In this document: positions 19,512-28,568 of the stretch, piece by piece
How positions within the stretch are numbered: position 1 is the stretch's first letter
Layout: each line of letters starts with the position of its first letter
From: Candidatus Eiseniibacteriota bacterium
GTDB lineage: Bacteria; Eisenbacteria; RBG-16-71-46
Direction: 5' to 3'
DNA: 40,646 bases
NCBI GenBank assembly: GCA_031364845.1
Contig: JANLWX010000209.1
Location: forward strand, 1 to 40,646
Translations under genes and position numbers: made by a program
The notes under the pieces: model-generated
What the model saw: only the letters and a program-made list of their open reading frames with translations
Told to the model about the DNA's origin: nothing
Database searches by the model: none

Positions 19512-21428
19512 ATGGGTAAGGTCATCGGTATCGATCTCGGTACCACGAACTCGTGTGTCGCCGTGATGGAAGGTGGCGAACCCAAGGTCATCGCGAATGC
19601 CGAGGGATTCCGCACCACGCCCTCGGTGGTTGCATTCACCAAGTCCGGTGAACGTCTGGTCGGGCTCGTCGCGCGCCGCCAGTCGGTCACGAATCCGAAG
19701 AACACGGTCTACTCGATCAAGCGCTTCATGGGCCGGAAGTTCAGCGAAGTCCAGTCCGAGACGAAGCTGGTCCCTTACGAGGTGATCACGGGCCCCAATG
19801 GCGATGCCCGCGTGAAGATCGGATCGGATGAGTTCTCGCCGCCCGAGATCTCGGCGATGATCCTTCAGAAGATGAAGCAGACGGCGGAGGAGTATCTGGG
19901 CGAAACGGTCACTGAAGCCGTCGTCACGGTGCCGGCGTACTTCAACGACAGCCAGCGCCAGGCCACGAAGGACGCCGGGCGCGTTGCGGGCCTCGACGTC
20001 AAGCGCATCATCAACGAGCCCACCGCGGCGGCGCTCGCGTACGGCCTCGACCGCAAGAAGGACGAGAAGATCGCCGTGTTCGACCTGGGCGGCGGCACGT
20101 TCGACATCTCGATCCTCGAGATCGGCGACGGCGTGTTCGAAGTGCGCGCGACCAACGGCGACACGCATCTCGGCGGTGACGACTTCGACCAGAAGGTGAT
20201 CGACTGGCTGACCTCGGAATTCAAGAAGCAGGAAGGCATCGACCTGACGAAGGACGCGATGGCGCTCCAGCGCTTGAAGGAAGCGGCCGAGAAGGCGAAG
20301 ACCGAGCTGTCGGGCACGCTCGAGACCGACGTCAATCTGCCGTTCATCACCGCGGATCAGAACGGCCCGAAGCATCTGAACCTCAAGCTCACGCGCGCCA
20401 AGCTCGAGCAGCTGGTCGACGAACTGGTCGAGCGTTGCCGCGGCCCGGTCATGCAGGCGCTCAAGGACGCCGGACTCGCCGCGTCACAGATCGACGAGGT
20501 GGTGCTGGTCGGCGGATCGACCCGCATGCCCAAGGTGCAGGAGCTGGTGAAGCAGATCTTCGGCAAGGAACCCCACAAGGGCGTGAACCCCGATGAAGTC
20601 GTGGCGATCGGTGCCGCGATCCAGGGCGGCGTGCTCGCCGGTGACGTCCGTGACGTTGTGCTGCTCGACGTGACGCCGTTGTCACTCGGCATCGAAACGC
20701 TCGGCGGCGTGATGTCGACGATGATTTCGCGCAACACGACCGTGCCCACCAAGAAGAGCCAGGACTTCTCGACCGCATCCGACAGCCAGCCCGCGGTCGA
20801 AGTCCACGTGCTCCAGGGCGAACGTCCGATGGCGCGCGATAACAAGACGATCGGACGCTTTCATCTCGACGGCATTCCTCCGGCGCCGCGCGGAGTGCCG
20901 CAGGTCGAGGTGACGTTCGACATCGATGCCAACGGCATCCTCCACGTGTCGGCCAAGGACCGCGCGACGGGCAAGGAGCAGAGCATCCGTATCGAGGCGT
21001 CGAGCGGCATCGACGAGAGCGAGATCCAGCGCATGGTCCGCGAGGCGGAGTCCCACGCCGCCGAGGATCGCAAGCGCAAGGAAGAGGTCGAAGGACGCAA
21101 TCGCGCCGACGCCCTCACGTACGAGGTGGAGAAGAATCTCAAGGAGCACGGCGAGAAGATCGATGCGGCCTTGAAGACCCGCATCGAGGACGGCGTGAAG
21201 GAAGTTCGGGAGGCGTTGAAGGGCGAGGACGCGGCGGCGATCGCTTCGTCCACCGAGCGCCTGCAGGCGGCCTGGCACGAAGCGGCAGCGGCGATGTATC
21301 AGAGTTCGTCGGCCGCGGGAACGCCGGGTGCGGAACCCACCGGCGCGCCGGACGCACCGGAAGATCCGAAGGGGCAGAAGAAGAGCGGGGAAGGGGCGAT
21401 CGACGCGGACTTCGAAGTCATGAATTGA
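19512..21428 (+). CDS. dnaK: Molecular chaperone DnaK
   Basis: [40 protein letters not shown], terminal IDADFE. Confidence 0.98.
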   Translation: MGKVIGIDLGTTNSCVAVMEGGEPKVIANAEGFRTTPSVVAFTKSGERLVGLVARRQSVTNPKNTVYSIKRFMGRKFSEVQSETKLVPYEVITGPNGDARVKIGSDEFSPPEISAMILQKMKQTAEEYLGETVTEAVVTVPAYFNDSQRQATKDAGRVAGLDVKRIINEPTAAALAYGLDRKKDEKIAVFDLGGGTFDISILEIGDGVFEVRATNGDTHLGGDDFDQKVIDWLTSEFKKQEGIDLTKDAMALQRLKEAAEKAKTELSGTLETDVNLPFITADQNGPKHLNLKLTRAKLEQLVDELVERCRGPVMQALKDAGLAASQIDEVVLVGGSTRMPKVQELVKQIFGKEPHKGVNPDEVVAIGAAIQGGVLAGDVRDVVLLDVTPLSLGIETLGGVMSTMISRNTTVPTKKSQDFSTASDSQPAVEVHVLQGERPMARDNKTIGRFHLDGIPPAPRGVPQVEVTFDIDANGILHVSAKDRATGKEQSIRIEASSGIDESEIQRMVREAESHAAEDRKRKEEVEGRNRADALTYEVEKNLKEHGEKIDAALKTRIEDGVKEVREALKGEDAAAIASSTERLQAAWHEAAAAMYQSSSAAGTPGAEPTGAPDAPEDPKGQKKSGEGAIDADFEVMN

Positions 21429-21516
21429 CGCGGACGATGTCACGAGCGGGCGGCGGCGAGTGTATTCTCGTCGCCGCCTTCGTCGTCTGACTTTGGAACA
21501 CGGGAGCCCCGATCGG

Positions 21517-23019
21517 ATGAAAGTGCTCGATCTCACCGCCCTGACGAATGTGGCCGCTCGCATCGTCGCGATCGTAGGGCTCGTGCTCTACCTCTACTCC
21601 TCGCACCGCTACCTGGTGCTGTGGCGGTGGCGGCGGGTGCGACGCGATCCGCGATCGCCACGGCCTCCGGCTCCGGCTTCGTGGCCGCGCGTCACGGTTC
21701 AACTTCCGGTGTTCAACGAGCCGGAAGTCGTCGAGCGGTTGATCGACGCGATCGCGGCGTTCGACTATCCGCGCGATCGGTTGGAGATCCAGGTGCTCGA
21801 CGACTCGACCGACGGGACCACGGATCTCGCGCGTGCGGCCGCTGCGCGTCATCGCTCGCGCGGCATCGACATCACCATTTGCCACCGGACGGCGCGTCAC
21901 GGGTTCAAGGCGGGAGCCCTCGCCGAGGGCATGCGCACCGCGCGCGGTGAGTTCATCGCGGTGTTCGACGCGGACTTCGTGCCGCCGCCCGGCTTCCTCA
22001 CGGGAGTGCTGCCGCACTTCGCGCATTCCGATGTCGGCATGGTGCAGGCGCGCTGGGGGCACCTGAACCGGGACCGCTCCTGGATCACGCGGGCTCAGGC
22101 GGTGATGCTCGATGCGCACTTCCTGCTCGAGCACGAGGTGCGGATGCGCTGCGGGTTGTTCTTCAACTTCAACGGAACCGCGGGCATCTGGCGCCGCGAG
22201 TGCATCGAGCGAGCGGGTGGCTGGTCGGCCGACACGCTGACCGAGGATCTCGATCTCAGCTACCGCGCCCAGCTCGCCGGCTGGCGGTTCGTGTTCGAGC
22301 CCGGCGTCGTGTGTCCGGCCGAATTGCCGGGGGACATCGAGGCGCTCAAGTCCCAGCAGCGGCGGTGGACTCAGGGCTCGATCCAGACCGCTTTCAAACT
22401 GCTCCCGCGCGTGTGGGCGAGCCGCGCATCGCGCGCGGCGAAGCTCGAAGCCTTCTTCCATCTGACGAGCAACCTGTCCTATCCGCTGCTGCTCGCACTG
22501 ATCGCCCTCACACTCCCCGCCATGGTGCTGGCGCCGCCGCCGCCGATGCGTTCATGGCTCGGCACGGCGCTCCAATTGGTGGTGCTCGCGTGCGGGGTGC
22601 TACCGCTGATGTTGTTCCTCATCGCGGGGCAGCGGGCGGCGGGGGGGCGTGGCACATGGCAGATCGCGGGCGAGACCTGCGCGGCGCTGGTGCTGGGCGT
22701 TGGCCTCTCGGTCAACAACGCGCGCGCCGCCTTGAAGGCGTTCCTCGGAGTCATGGGCGACTGGGAGCGCACGCCGAAGACCGGAGACCGCATGTCGAGT
22801 TCCGTGGGTGTCCGCTCAGCCCCTTCGCGTTCTGGTTGGAGCGAGGTCGCCGTCGCGGCCTACTGCGCGTGCCTGTCGCTCTTGGCCTGCAACACCGGAC
22901 ACCTCCGAGCGGTACCGTTCATGCTGCTGCTCGTGCTCGGATTCTGCAGCGTCGGATGTGCGAACGCCGCGATGCCCTATCGGAAGCGGGACGCCTTGCT
23001 TCCGATTCAGAACGCCTGA
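21517..23019 (+). CDS. GT2 cellulose-synthase-like membrane glycosyltransferase
   Basis: VTVQLPVFNE, QVLDDSTD, GFKAGAL, FDADF, TEDLDLSYR, QQRRW; TM helices at both ends. Confidence 0.9.
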   Translation: MKVLDLTALTNVAARIVAIVGLVLYLYSSHRYLVLWRWRRVRRDPRSPRPPAPASWPRVTVQLPVFNEPEVVERLIDAIAAFDYPRDRLEIQVLDDSTDGTTDLARAAAARHRSRGIDITICHRTARHGFKAGALAEGMRTARGEFIAVFDADFVPPPGFLTGVLPHFAHSDVGMVQARWGHLNRDRSWITRAQAVMLDAHFLLEHEVRMRCGLFFNFNGTAGIWRRECIERAGGWSADTLTEDLDLSYRAQLAGWRFVFEPGVVCPAELPGDIEALKSQQRRWTQGSIQTAFKLLPRVWASRASRAAKLEAFFHLTSNLSYPLLLALIALTLPAMVLAPPPPMRSWLGTALQLVVLACGVLPLMLFLIAGQRAAGGRGTWQIAGETCAALVLGVGLSVNNARAALKAFLGVMGDWERTPKTGDRMSSSVGVRSAPSRSGWSEVAVAAYCACLSLLACNTGHLRAVPFMLLLVLGFCSVGCANAAMPYRKRDALLPIQNA

Positions 23020-23025
23020 GCGGGA

Positions 23026-24363
23026 CTAGAGCCGGACGATCTTCTTCGAGGCCCGGCCCTTGAACGCGTTGCGCGTGTCCACGATCGCCTTGGAGTGCCG
23101 CAACACCGAGCTGTACGGAAACTCCTTGTGCGCGGTGGCGACCACGACGCAATCGAAGCGCCGCAGTTGTGCGGGCGTGAGCGAGACGCTCTTGAGCTTC
23201 GAACCCGCGAAGCCGAGCGTCGGCACGTAAGGATCGCTGTACTCGATCTTGGCGCCCCGCTGGCGCAGCGTTTCCATGATGTCGAGCGACGGGCTTTCAC
23301 GCGTGTCGTCGATGTCGGCCTTGTACGCCACGCCGAGCACCAGCACCTTCGCGCCGCGTACGGCGCGGCCCCTGAGGTTCAGCGCCTCGGCGACCAGGTT
23401 CACGACGTGGTGCGGCATCTGTCCGTTGACCGATCCCGCGAGCTCGATGAAGCGGGCTTCGAATCCGGTCGAACGTGCCTTCCACGACAGGTAGAATGGA
23501 TCGATCGGAATGCAGTGACCGCCGAGGCCCGGACCCGGGAAAAACGGCATGAAACCGAACGGCTTGGTCGCCGCGGCCTCGATGACCTCCCACACGTCGA
23601 TTCCGAACTTGGAGCACATCATCGCCAGCTCGTTCACGAGTCCGATGTTGACGCTGCGGAACGTGTTCTCGAGCAGCTTCACCATCTCCGCGACCTGCGT
23701 CGACGATACCGGCACCACGTGCTCGAGGCGCGAACGGTAGAGATGGACGGCGACTTCGGTGCAGGCCGGCGTCACGCCGCCCACGACCTTCGGAATGTTC
23801 TTGGTCGTGAAGCGCGGATTGCCCGGGTCCACACGTTCGGGCGAAAACGCGAGGAAGAAATCCTTGCCGACCTCGAGGCCGGTCTCCGACAGCAGCGGCA
23901 GCACGAGTTCGTCCGTGGTGCCGGGATAGGTCGTGCTCTCGAGAATCACGAGCATGCCGCGGCGGAAGTTGCGGGCGACCTGCTGGGACGCGGCGACGAT
24001 GTACGACACGTCGGGATCCCGCTGCTTCGAGAGCGGCGTCGGCACGCAGATGTTGACCGAGTCGCAGCGGCGCAGTGCGGTGAAATCCGTAGTCGCCGAG
24101 AGGTGCCCGGACTTCACCAGCTTGCGCACCTGTTCCGTGGGGACGTCCTGAATGTACGAGTGGCCGCGTTCCAGCTCGCGGACTCGCTTCTCGTCGATGT
24201 CGACGCCGACGACGTGGAAACCGGCCTCGGCGAACTCGACCGCGAGCGGCAGGCCGACATAGCCGAGCCCGATCACGCCGAGGCGGGCGGTGCGTTTGTC
24301 GATCTTGTTGAGCAGTTTTTGGGCGTGGGATGCTTTGCGGAGTGAGGATCGGAGTGGGGACAT
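23026..24363 (-). CDS. Nucleotide-sugar dehydrogenase (UDP-GlcNAc/ManNAc 6-dehydrogenase, WbpA/WecC-like)
   Basis: GLGYVGLPLA, ICVPTP, LESTTYPGTT, FSPERVDPGN, KLLENTFR, GGHCIPIDP. Confidence 0.93.
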   Translation of the reverse strand: MSPLRSSLRKASHAQKLLNKIDKRTARLGVIGLGYVGLPLAVEFAEAGFHVVGVDIDEKRVRELERGHSYIQDVPTEQVRKLVKSGHLSATTDFTALRRCDSVNICVPTPLSKQRDPDVSYIVAASQQVARNFRRGMLVILESTTYPGTTDELVLPLLSETGLEVGKDFFLAFSPERVDPGNPRFTTKNIPKVVGGVTPACTEVAVHLYRSRLEHVVPVSSTQVAEMVKLLENTFRSVNIGLVNELAMMCSKFGIDVWEVIEAAATKPFGFMPFFPGPGLGGHCIPIDPFYLSWKARSTGFEARFIELAGSVNGQMPHHVVNLVAEALNLRGRAVRGAKVLVLGVAYKADIDDTRESPSLDIMETLRQRGAKIEYSDPYVPTLGFAGSKLKSVSLTPAQLRRFDCVVVATAHKEFPYSSVLRHSKAIVDTRNAFKGRASKKIVRL

Positions 24364-24372
24364 AGGCCAAGC

Positions 24373-24402
24373 ACGCTAGCAAACGGGCGAAGCGCCCGTC
24401 AA
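24373..24402 (-). promoter_or_regulatory. Putative promoter of the dehydrogenase gene (near-leaderless)
   Basis: Minus strand TTGACG-N18-TAGCGT (with TGn), 9 nt before ATG, no SD. Confidence 0.6.
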
Positions 24403-24442
24403 CGAAAGGGGTCCGTTTCTCGGTGATCCTGCAGCTTTGGAC

Positions 24443-24472
24443 TTGACGGCACCCCGTATTTCCTTTGAAACT
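24443..24472 (+). promoter_or_regulatory. Putative promoter for the candidate ncRNA
   Basis: TTGACG (24443-24448)-N18-GAAACT (24467-24472). Confidence 0.45.
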
Positions 24473-24485
24473 AGCGCGGTTGACC

Positions 24486-24606
24486 GAGAGAGGTTGCCTG
24501 TCCGAACCGTGCCAAACTACCGAGACGTTGTTCAGCGAAGCGGACGTGCCGTCGCTCGGCGTATTGGGTTCCTCACGTTCGTCGATGGGGGACCTCCTCT
24601 TTTTTT
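24486..24606 (+). ncRNA. Candidate structured ncRNA (rod-like hairpin, family unassigned; 6S-like architecture possible)
   Basis: The 5' end GAGAGGTTGCC-TGTC-CGAAC-CGTG pairs with the 3' end CACG-TTCG-GATG-GGGGACCT-CCTC; inner CCGAG/CTCGG stem; T7 run at 24600-24606; promoter-like element upstream. Confidence 0.55.
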
Positions 24607-24665
24607 AGCCGGCCGGATGCTCTGGTCCTCGAGGTATCACCGCTTTCTCCGGAGGACCACGCACG

Positions 24666-25460
24666 ATGAAACCCCCCGTGTTCCATGTCGCCCGCTATCG
24701 CTTCGAGGGCGCGCTCCACTACGGCCGCCGGATGGACGATGGGTTCGCGCGCCTCGCCGGTCCGCCGTGGGAGACGTTCGATGAGACCGGCGAGCGAGAT
24801 CCGCATTCGGGAATCGAACTCGTGTCGCCGGTTCGGCCGAGCAAGATCGTGTGCATCGGACTCAACTATCGGGCGCACATTCCCGAGAGCACGACCACGG
24901 TGGCAACCACGGACGGCGTGCCCACGGAGCCGCTGATGTTCTTCAAGCCACCGAGTGCCGTGATTGGTCCGCTCCAGCCGATCCGCTATCCCGAAGGCGT
25001 GACGCGCATGGATCCCGAAGGCGAAATGGGTGTGGTGATCGGCCGCCGCGCGTGCCGCGTCGAGGCGTCGTCGGCGATGGAGCACGTGCTCGGAATCACC
25101 TGCGCGAACGACGTCAGCGCGAGGAACTATCAGCGCCAGGACGGACAGTGGGCGCGGGCCAAAGGTTTCGATACCTTCGCGCCGCTCGGGCCGTGGATCG
25201 CGATCGGGCTCGATCCGGGAGCATTGCGTGTCGAGTGCCGCGTGAACGGTGAAGTGCGCCAGAGCGGCAACACGGCCGATCTGCTGTTCGCCGTTCCCTT
25301 CCTGATCCGGCACATCTCGCACATCATGACGCTCGAACCGGGCGACGTGATCATGACCGGAACCCCCGCAGGCGTGGCGCCGATCGTGGCGGGTGATGTG
25401 GTCGAGGTCGAGGTCGAAGGCGTGGGCGTGCTCGAGAATCGCGTGGAGGCAGCCGTCTGA
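24666..25460 (+). CDS. Fumarylacetoacetate hydrolase family protein
   Basis: PSKIVCIGLNY..H, P.MFFKP, EGEMGVVIG, NDVSAR, AKGFDTFAPLGP, GDVIMTGTPAGV; GGAGG SD. Confidence 0.92.
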   Translation: MKPPVFHVARYRFEGALHYGRRMDDGFARLAGPPWETFDETGERDPHSGIELVSPVRPSKIVCIGLNYRAHIPESTTTVATTDGVPTEPLMFFKPPSAVIGPLQPIRYPEGVTRMDPEGEMGVVIGRRACRVEASSAMEHVLGITCANDVSARNYQRQDGQWARAKGFDTFAPLGPWIAIGLDPGALRVECRVNGEVRQSGNTADLLFAVPFLIRHISHIMTLEPGDVIMTGTPAGVAPIVAGDVVEVEVEGVGVLENRVEAAV

Positions 25461-25477
25461 ACGCTCCCGATCTGATC

Positions 25478-27091
25478 GTGACCCACTCGCGCCTGTGGTC
25501 GCGCGGCCGGGTCGTGCCGGATGCCGACGCGCTCGCGGTGCGGGACGGCGAGATCCTCGCGACCGGTCGCACACCGGACATCCTCGCACTCGGCGCCCCT
25601 CACACGCGCGTCATCGATGCGGGCGGAGCCACCGTCACACCCGGGCTCACCGACGCCCACATCCACCTGCTTCACTGGGCGCGCGCCCGCACCGAGCTCG
25701 ATCTGCATGGCAGCATGTCGCGCGAGGAGGTCGCCGCGCGGCTCGCGCGATTCGTAGCGGCGCGGCCGGGCGACGGCGCGGTGTTCGGCCGCGGATGGGA
25801 CGCCAACAGCTGGGACCGCGCTCCCGAGCGAGCGGTGCTCGATGCGGTGTGTCCGGCGCGGCCGGTTTTGCTCTACAGCCGCGACTTCCACAATCTGTGG
25901 TTGAACGGCGCGGCACTGACCGCAGCCGGGATCACCTCGGCGACGCCGGATCCCGAAGGCGGAATGATCGCGCGCGATGCGGCCGGCGAGCCGACCGGAT
26001 TGCTTCAGGAGCACGCGATGCGTCTCGCCGCCGCGCTCGAAGCGGTCGATGCGGACGCGGACTTCGCGGCGACGTGCGACGCCGTGCGCGCACTGCATGC
26101 GAACGGCATCACCGCAATCCACGACTTCGAAGGTGCCGATGCGCACCGCATCCTGCGACGTCTCGCGTCCGGTGAGGGTCCGCGGGTGCGCACGCTCATG
26201 CATCTTCCGCATGCGCAGCTCGGGATCGCGATCGAGCTGGGTATGTCGAGCGGCCTCGGCGATTCGTGGTTTCGCCTTGGCGCGGTCAAGCTGTTCGCCG
26301 ACGGCACGCTCGGCTCGCGGACTGCGGCGATGCTCGCGCCCTACGAAGGCACCTCGGAGACCGGGATCGATGTGATCGACCGTGCCGCGTTACGATCCGA
26401 AGTGAAGCGCGCCGTCGATCACGGCTGGTCGGTGGCCATCCATGCGATCGGCGACCGTGCGGTGCGCTCGTCACTCGATGCCTTCGAGAGTTCGCGCGCC
26501 GGCGAGCGGCTGAGGCTCGCGCCGCGGATCGAGCATGCGCAACTCGTCGATCCCGCCGACCTTGGCCGATTCGCAGTACTGGGCGTCGCGGCGAGCATGC
26601 AGCCGTCTCATTGCATTTCGGACGTTCCGCTCGCCGACCGCTGGTGGGGCCCGCGTCGTGGGAATTCGTATCCATGGCGGGCGCTGCTCGAATCCGGCGC
26701 GCGCCTGGTGTTCGGATCGGACGCGCCGGTCGAGCCGCCATCGATCGCATCCGGGCTCGCGGCGGCGGTCGCCCGCCAGCCGCACGGTGCTGCGAATGCG
26801 TGGGTGCCGGCGCAGACGATCGGCATCGATTCGGCGCTGACCGCCTACACCGAGGCCCCTGCGCGCCTCGCTGGGAATTGGCCGCGGATCGGATCTCTCG
26901 AGGCCGGATGCGAGGCCGATCTCGTGGTGTGGGACGCCGATCTTCACGTGCTCGCGCCGCGCGCGCTTGCAGACGCGGCGCCGGCATGTACTGTGGTCGG
27001 CGGAACGATCGTGTACGAATCCGAGATTCGCGGTGCCGGCGCCGGTGCGACGGTGTCGTCGGGCGGCCGGAGTGCAGAAGGAAGGTCATGA
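25478..27091 (+). CDS. Amidohydrolase 3 (YtcJ-like)
   Basis: PGLTDAHIH, KLFADGTLGSRTA, IHAIGDRA, RIEHAQ, SMQPSH, FGSDAPV, ADLVV. Confidence 0.92.
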   Translation: MTHSRLWSRGRVVPDADALAVRDGEILATGRTPDILALGAPHTRVIDAGGATVTPGLTDAHIHLLHWARARTELDLHGSMSREEVAARLARFVAARPGDGAVFGRGWDANSWDRAPERAVLDAVCPARPVLLYSRDFHNLWLNGAALTAAGITSATPDPEGGMIARDAAGEPTGLLQEHAMRLAAALEAVDADADFAATCDAVRALHANGITAIHDFEGADAHRILRRLASGEGPRVRTLMHLPHAQLGIAIELGMSSGLGDSWFRLGAVKLFADGTLGSRTAAMLAPYEGTSETGIDVIDRAALRSEVKRAVDHGWSVAIHAIGDRAVRSSLDAFESSRAGERLRLAPRIEHAQLVDPADLGRFAVLGVAASMQPSHCISDVPLADRWWGPRRGNSYPWRALLESGARLVFGSDAPVEPPSIASGLAAAVARQPHGAANAWVPAQTIGIDSALTAYTEAPARLAGNWPRIGSLEAGCEADLVVWDADLHVLAPRALADAAPACTVVGGTIVYESEIRGAGAGATVSSGGRSAEGRS

Positions 27092-27711
27092 GCGACTTCA
27101 CCGACTACAAGGAAACACCGGACGAGGCGCTCGTGCGCCTTGCTCAGAACGACGACTCGCGCGCGTTCGATGAACTCGTGCGCCGCTATCAGGATCGCGT
27201 CTACCGGCTTTCGTACAAGATCCTGCGCCATGAGGACGATGCCGCCGAGTCGCTCCAGGACGCGTTCCTGTCGGCCTATCGCGGGATCAAGAAGTTCAAG
27301 GTCGAGTCGACCTTCTCCACGTGGCTGTACCGAATTGCGACCAATGCTGCGCTGATGAAGTACCGCAAGCGCCGGGACGGCCACGTGTCGCTCGAGCAGT
27401 CACAGAGCGGCAGCGACGATGCGGAAGCGCTTCAGCTTCCCGACTGGACCACGCAGCCGCTCAAAGAACTGCTCGATGCCGAGACGCGCGAGGTGATGGA
27501 GGAAGGGATCGCGAAGCTCCCCGAGGAGTTGCGCACGGTGTTCGTGCTGCGTGACGTCGAGGAACTGTCGAACTCCGAAGTCGCCGAAGTGCTCGAGTTG
27601 ACGGTCGCGGCGGTGAAGTCGCGCCTTCATCGCGCGCGCATCCTGCTGCGCGACCGGCTCAACCGCTACTTCTCGGGCAAGCTCAAGCGCGGCGGCCCGG
27701 CGCGCGCCTGA
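27088..27711 (+). CDS. ECF sigma-70 family sigma factor
   Basis: AFDELVRRYQ, QDAFL.AY, FSTWLYRIATN, LP..LR.VFVLRDVE.LS..EVA, VKSRLHRAR; ATGA overlap with the amidohydrolase. Confidence 0.93.
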   Translation: MSDFTDYKETPDEALVRLAQNDDSRAFDELVRRYQDRVYRLSYKILRHEDDAAESLQDAFLSAYRGIKKFKVESTFSTWLYRIATNAALMKYRKRRDGHVSLEQSQSGSDDAEALQLPDWTTQPLKELLDAETREVMEEGIAKLPEELRTVFVLRDVEELSNSEVAEVLELTVAAVKSRLHRARILLRDRLNRYFSGKLKRGGPARA

Positions 27712-27716
27712 CGCTG

Positions 27717-28514
27717 CTAGGCGGCGCGCGCCAGAGTCACGAGAATCACCAGCGCGAGTGCCACGCGATAGATGAAGAACGCGGCGAATCCCGCGCGACC
27801 CAGCCACGAGATGAGGCCACGGATGGCGAGCACCCCGACGATCGCGGCCGAGGCGACTCCTGCGAACATGACCGGAGTGGACACGCCGTTGTCGCCCATG
27901 TCCTTCAGCTTGAGCATGCCGGCGGCGAACGTGATCGGAGTCGCGAGCAGGAACGAGAACCGCGCCGCTGCGACCCGCGAGAGTCCCGCGCTGCGGCCGG
28001 CCGTGATCGTGACGCCCGATCGCGACACGCCGGGCACCAGCGAAAGCGCCTGGGCGAAGCCCATGATCAGGCTCGCGCGCCAGCCGGGGATGCCGGTTTC
28101 CTGCCGTACCGGCGCGACCTTGTCGACCCACCACAGCAGGAATCCGAACACCGTGAGCGTGGTCGCTTGGATCGGGAGCGAACGCAGGTGGGTTTCCGCG
28201 ATCTCTTCGAGCAGCAGGCCGGCGATCCCTGCTGGGATCGAAGCCACGGCGATGATCGCCCACGTCTTGAGAGCGTTCGCGCGCACCGCGGGTTCGGAAG
28301 AGAACGGTTCGCGCGCGAGGTTCCACCAGTCGCGCCAGAACGCGATCAAGAGCGCGATGAGCGTGCCCCAGTGAAGCGCGACGTCGAAGGCGATGCCGTG
28401 GTAGGCCCAGCCGAGCAGCTTCGGCACGACGTAGAGGTGGGCGCTGCTCGAGATCGGAAGGAACTCGGTCAGACCCTGAATGATTCCGAGAACGATGGCC
28501 TGGCCGAGCGACAT
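27717..28514 (-). CDS. uppP: Undecaprenyl-diphosphate phosphatase
   Basis: GIIQGLTEFLPISSSAH, PGVSRSGVTI, AARFSFLL, FFIYR. Confidence 0.95.
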   Translation of the reverse strand: MSLGQAIVLGIIQGLTEFLPISSSAHLYVVPKLLGWAYHGIAFDVALHWGTLIALLIAFWRDWWNLAREPFSSEPAVRANALKTWAIIAVASIPAGIAGLLLEEIAETHLRSLPIQATTLTVFGFLLWWVDKVAPVRQETGIPGWRASLIMGFAQALSLVPGVSRSGVTITAGRSAGLSRVAAARFSFLLATPITFAAGMLKLKDMGDNGVSTPVMFAGVASAAIVGVLAIRGLISWLGRAGFAAFFIYRVALALVILVTLARAA

Positions 28515-28568
28515 GGGCGCGGACGCTAACATGACGTGCGAACGCCGGACAAACGCGCGGTGCGTAAC

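Noticed and set aside
18036..20375. Long antisense ORFs (e.g. 779 aa opposite dnaK; also 2949-5213, 11144-13111, 14083-16029, 28629-30620, 31802-33670)
   Set aside because: Shadow ORFs expected from high-GC codon bias; they overlap well-supported genes and have no recognisable motifs.
24486..24606. Assignment as SRP RNA, tRNA or c-di-GMP riboswitch
   Set aside because: Lacks the SRP GGAA loop/AGCAG motif, a cloverleaf with T-loop, and the GEMM consensus.
24437..24784. 115-aa ORF across the candidate ncRNA, and a minus-strand AGGAGG at ~24594-24599
   Set aside because: No coding signature, the ORF overlaps the FAH gene out of frame, and no start codon lies at a usable distance from the minus-strand SD-like sequence.
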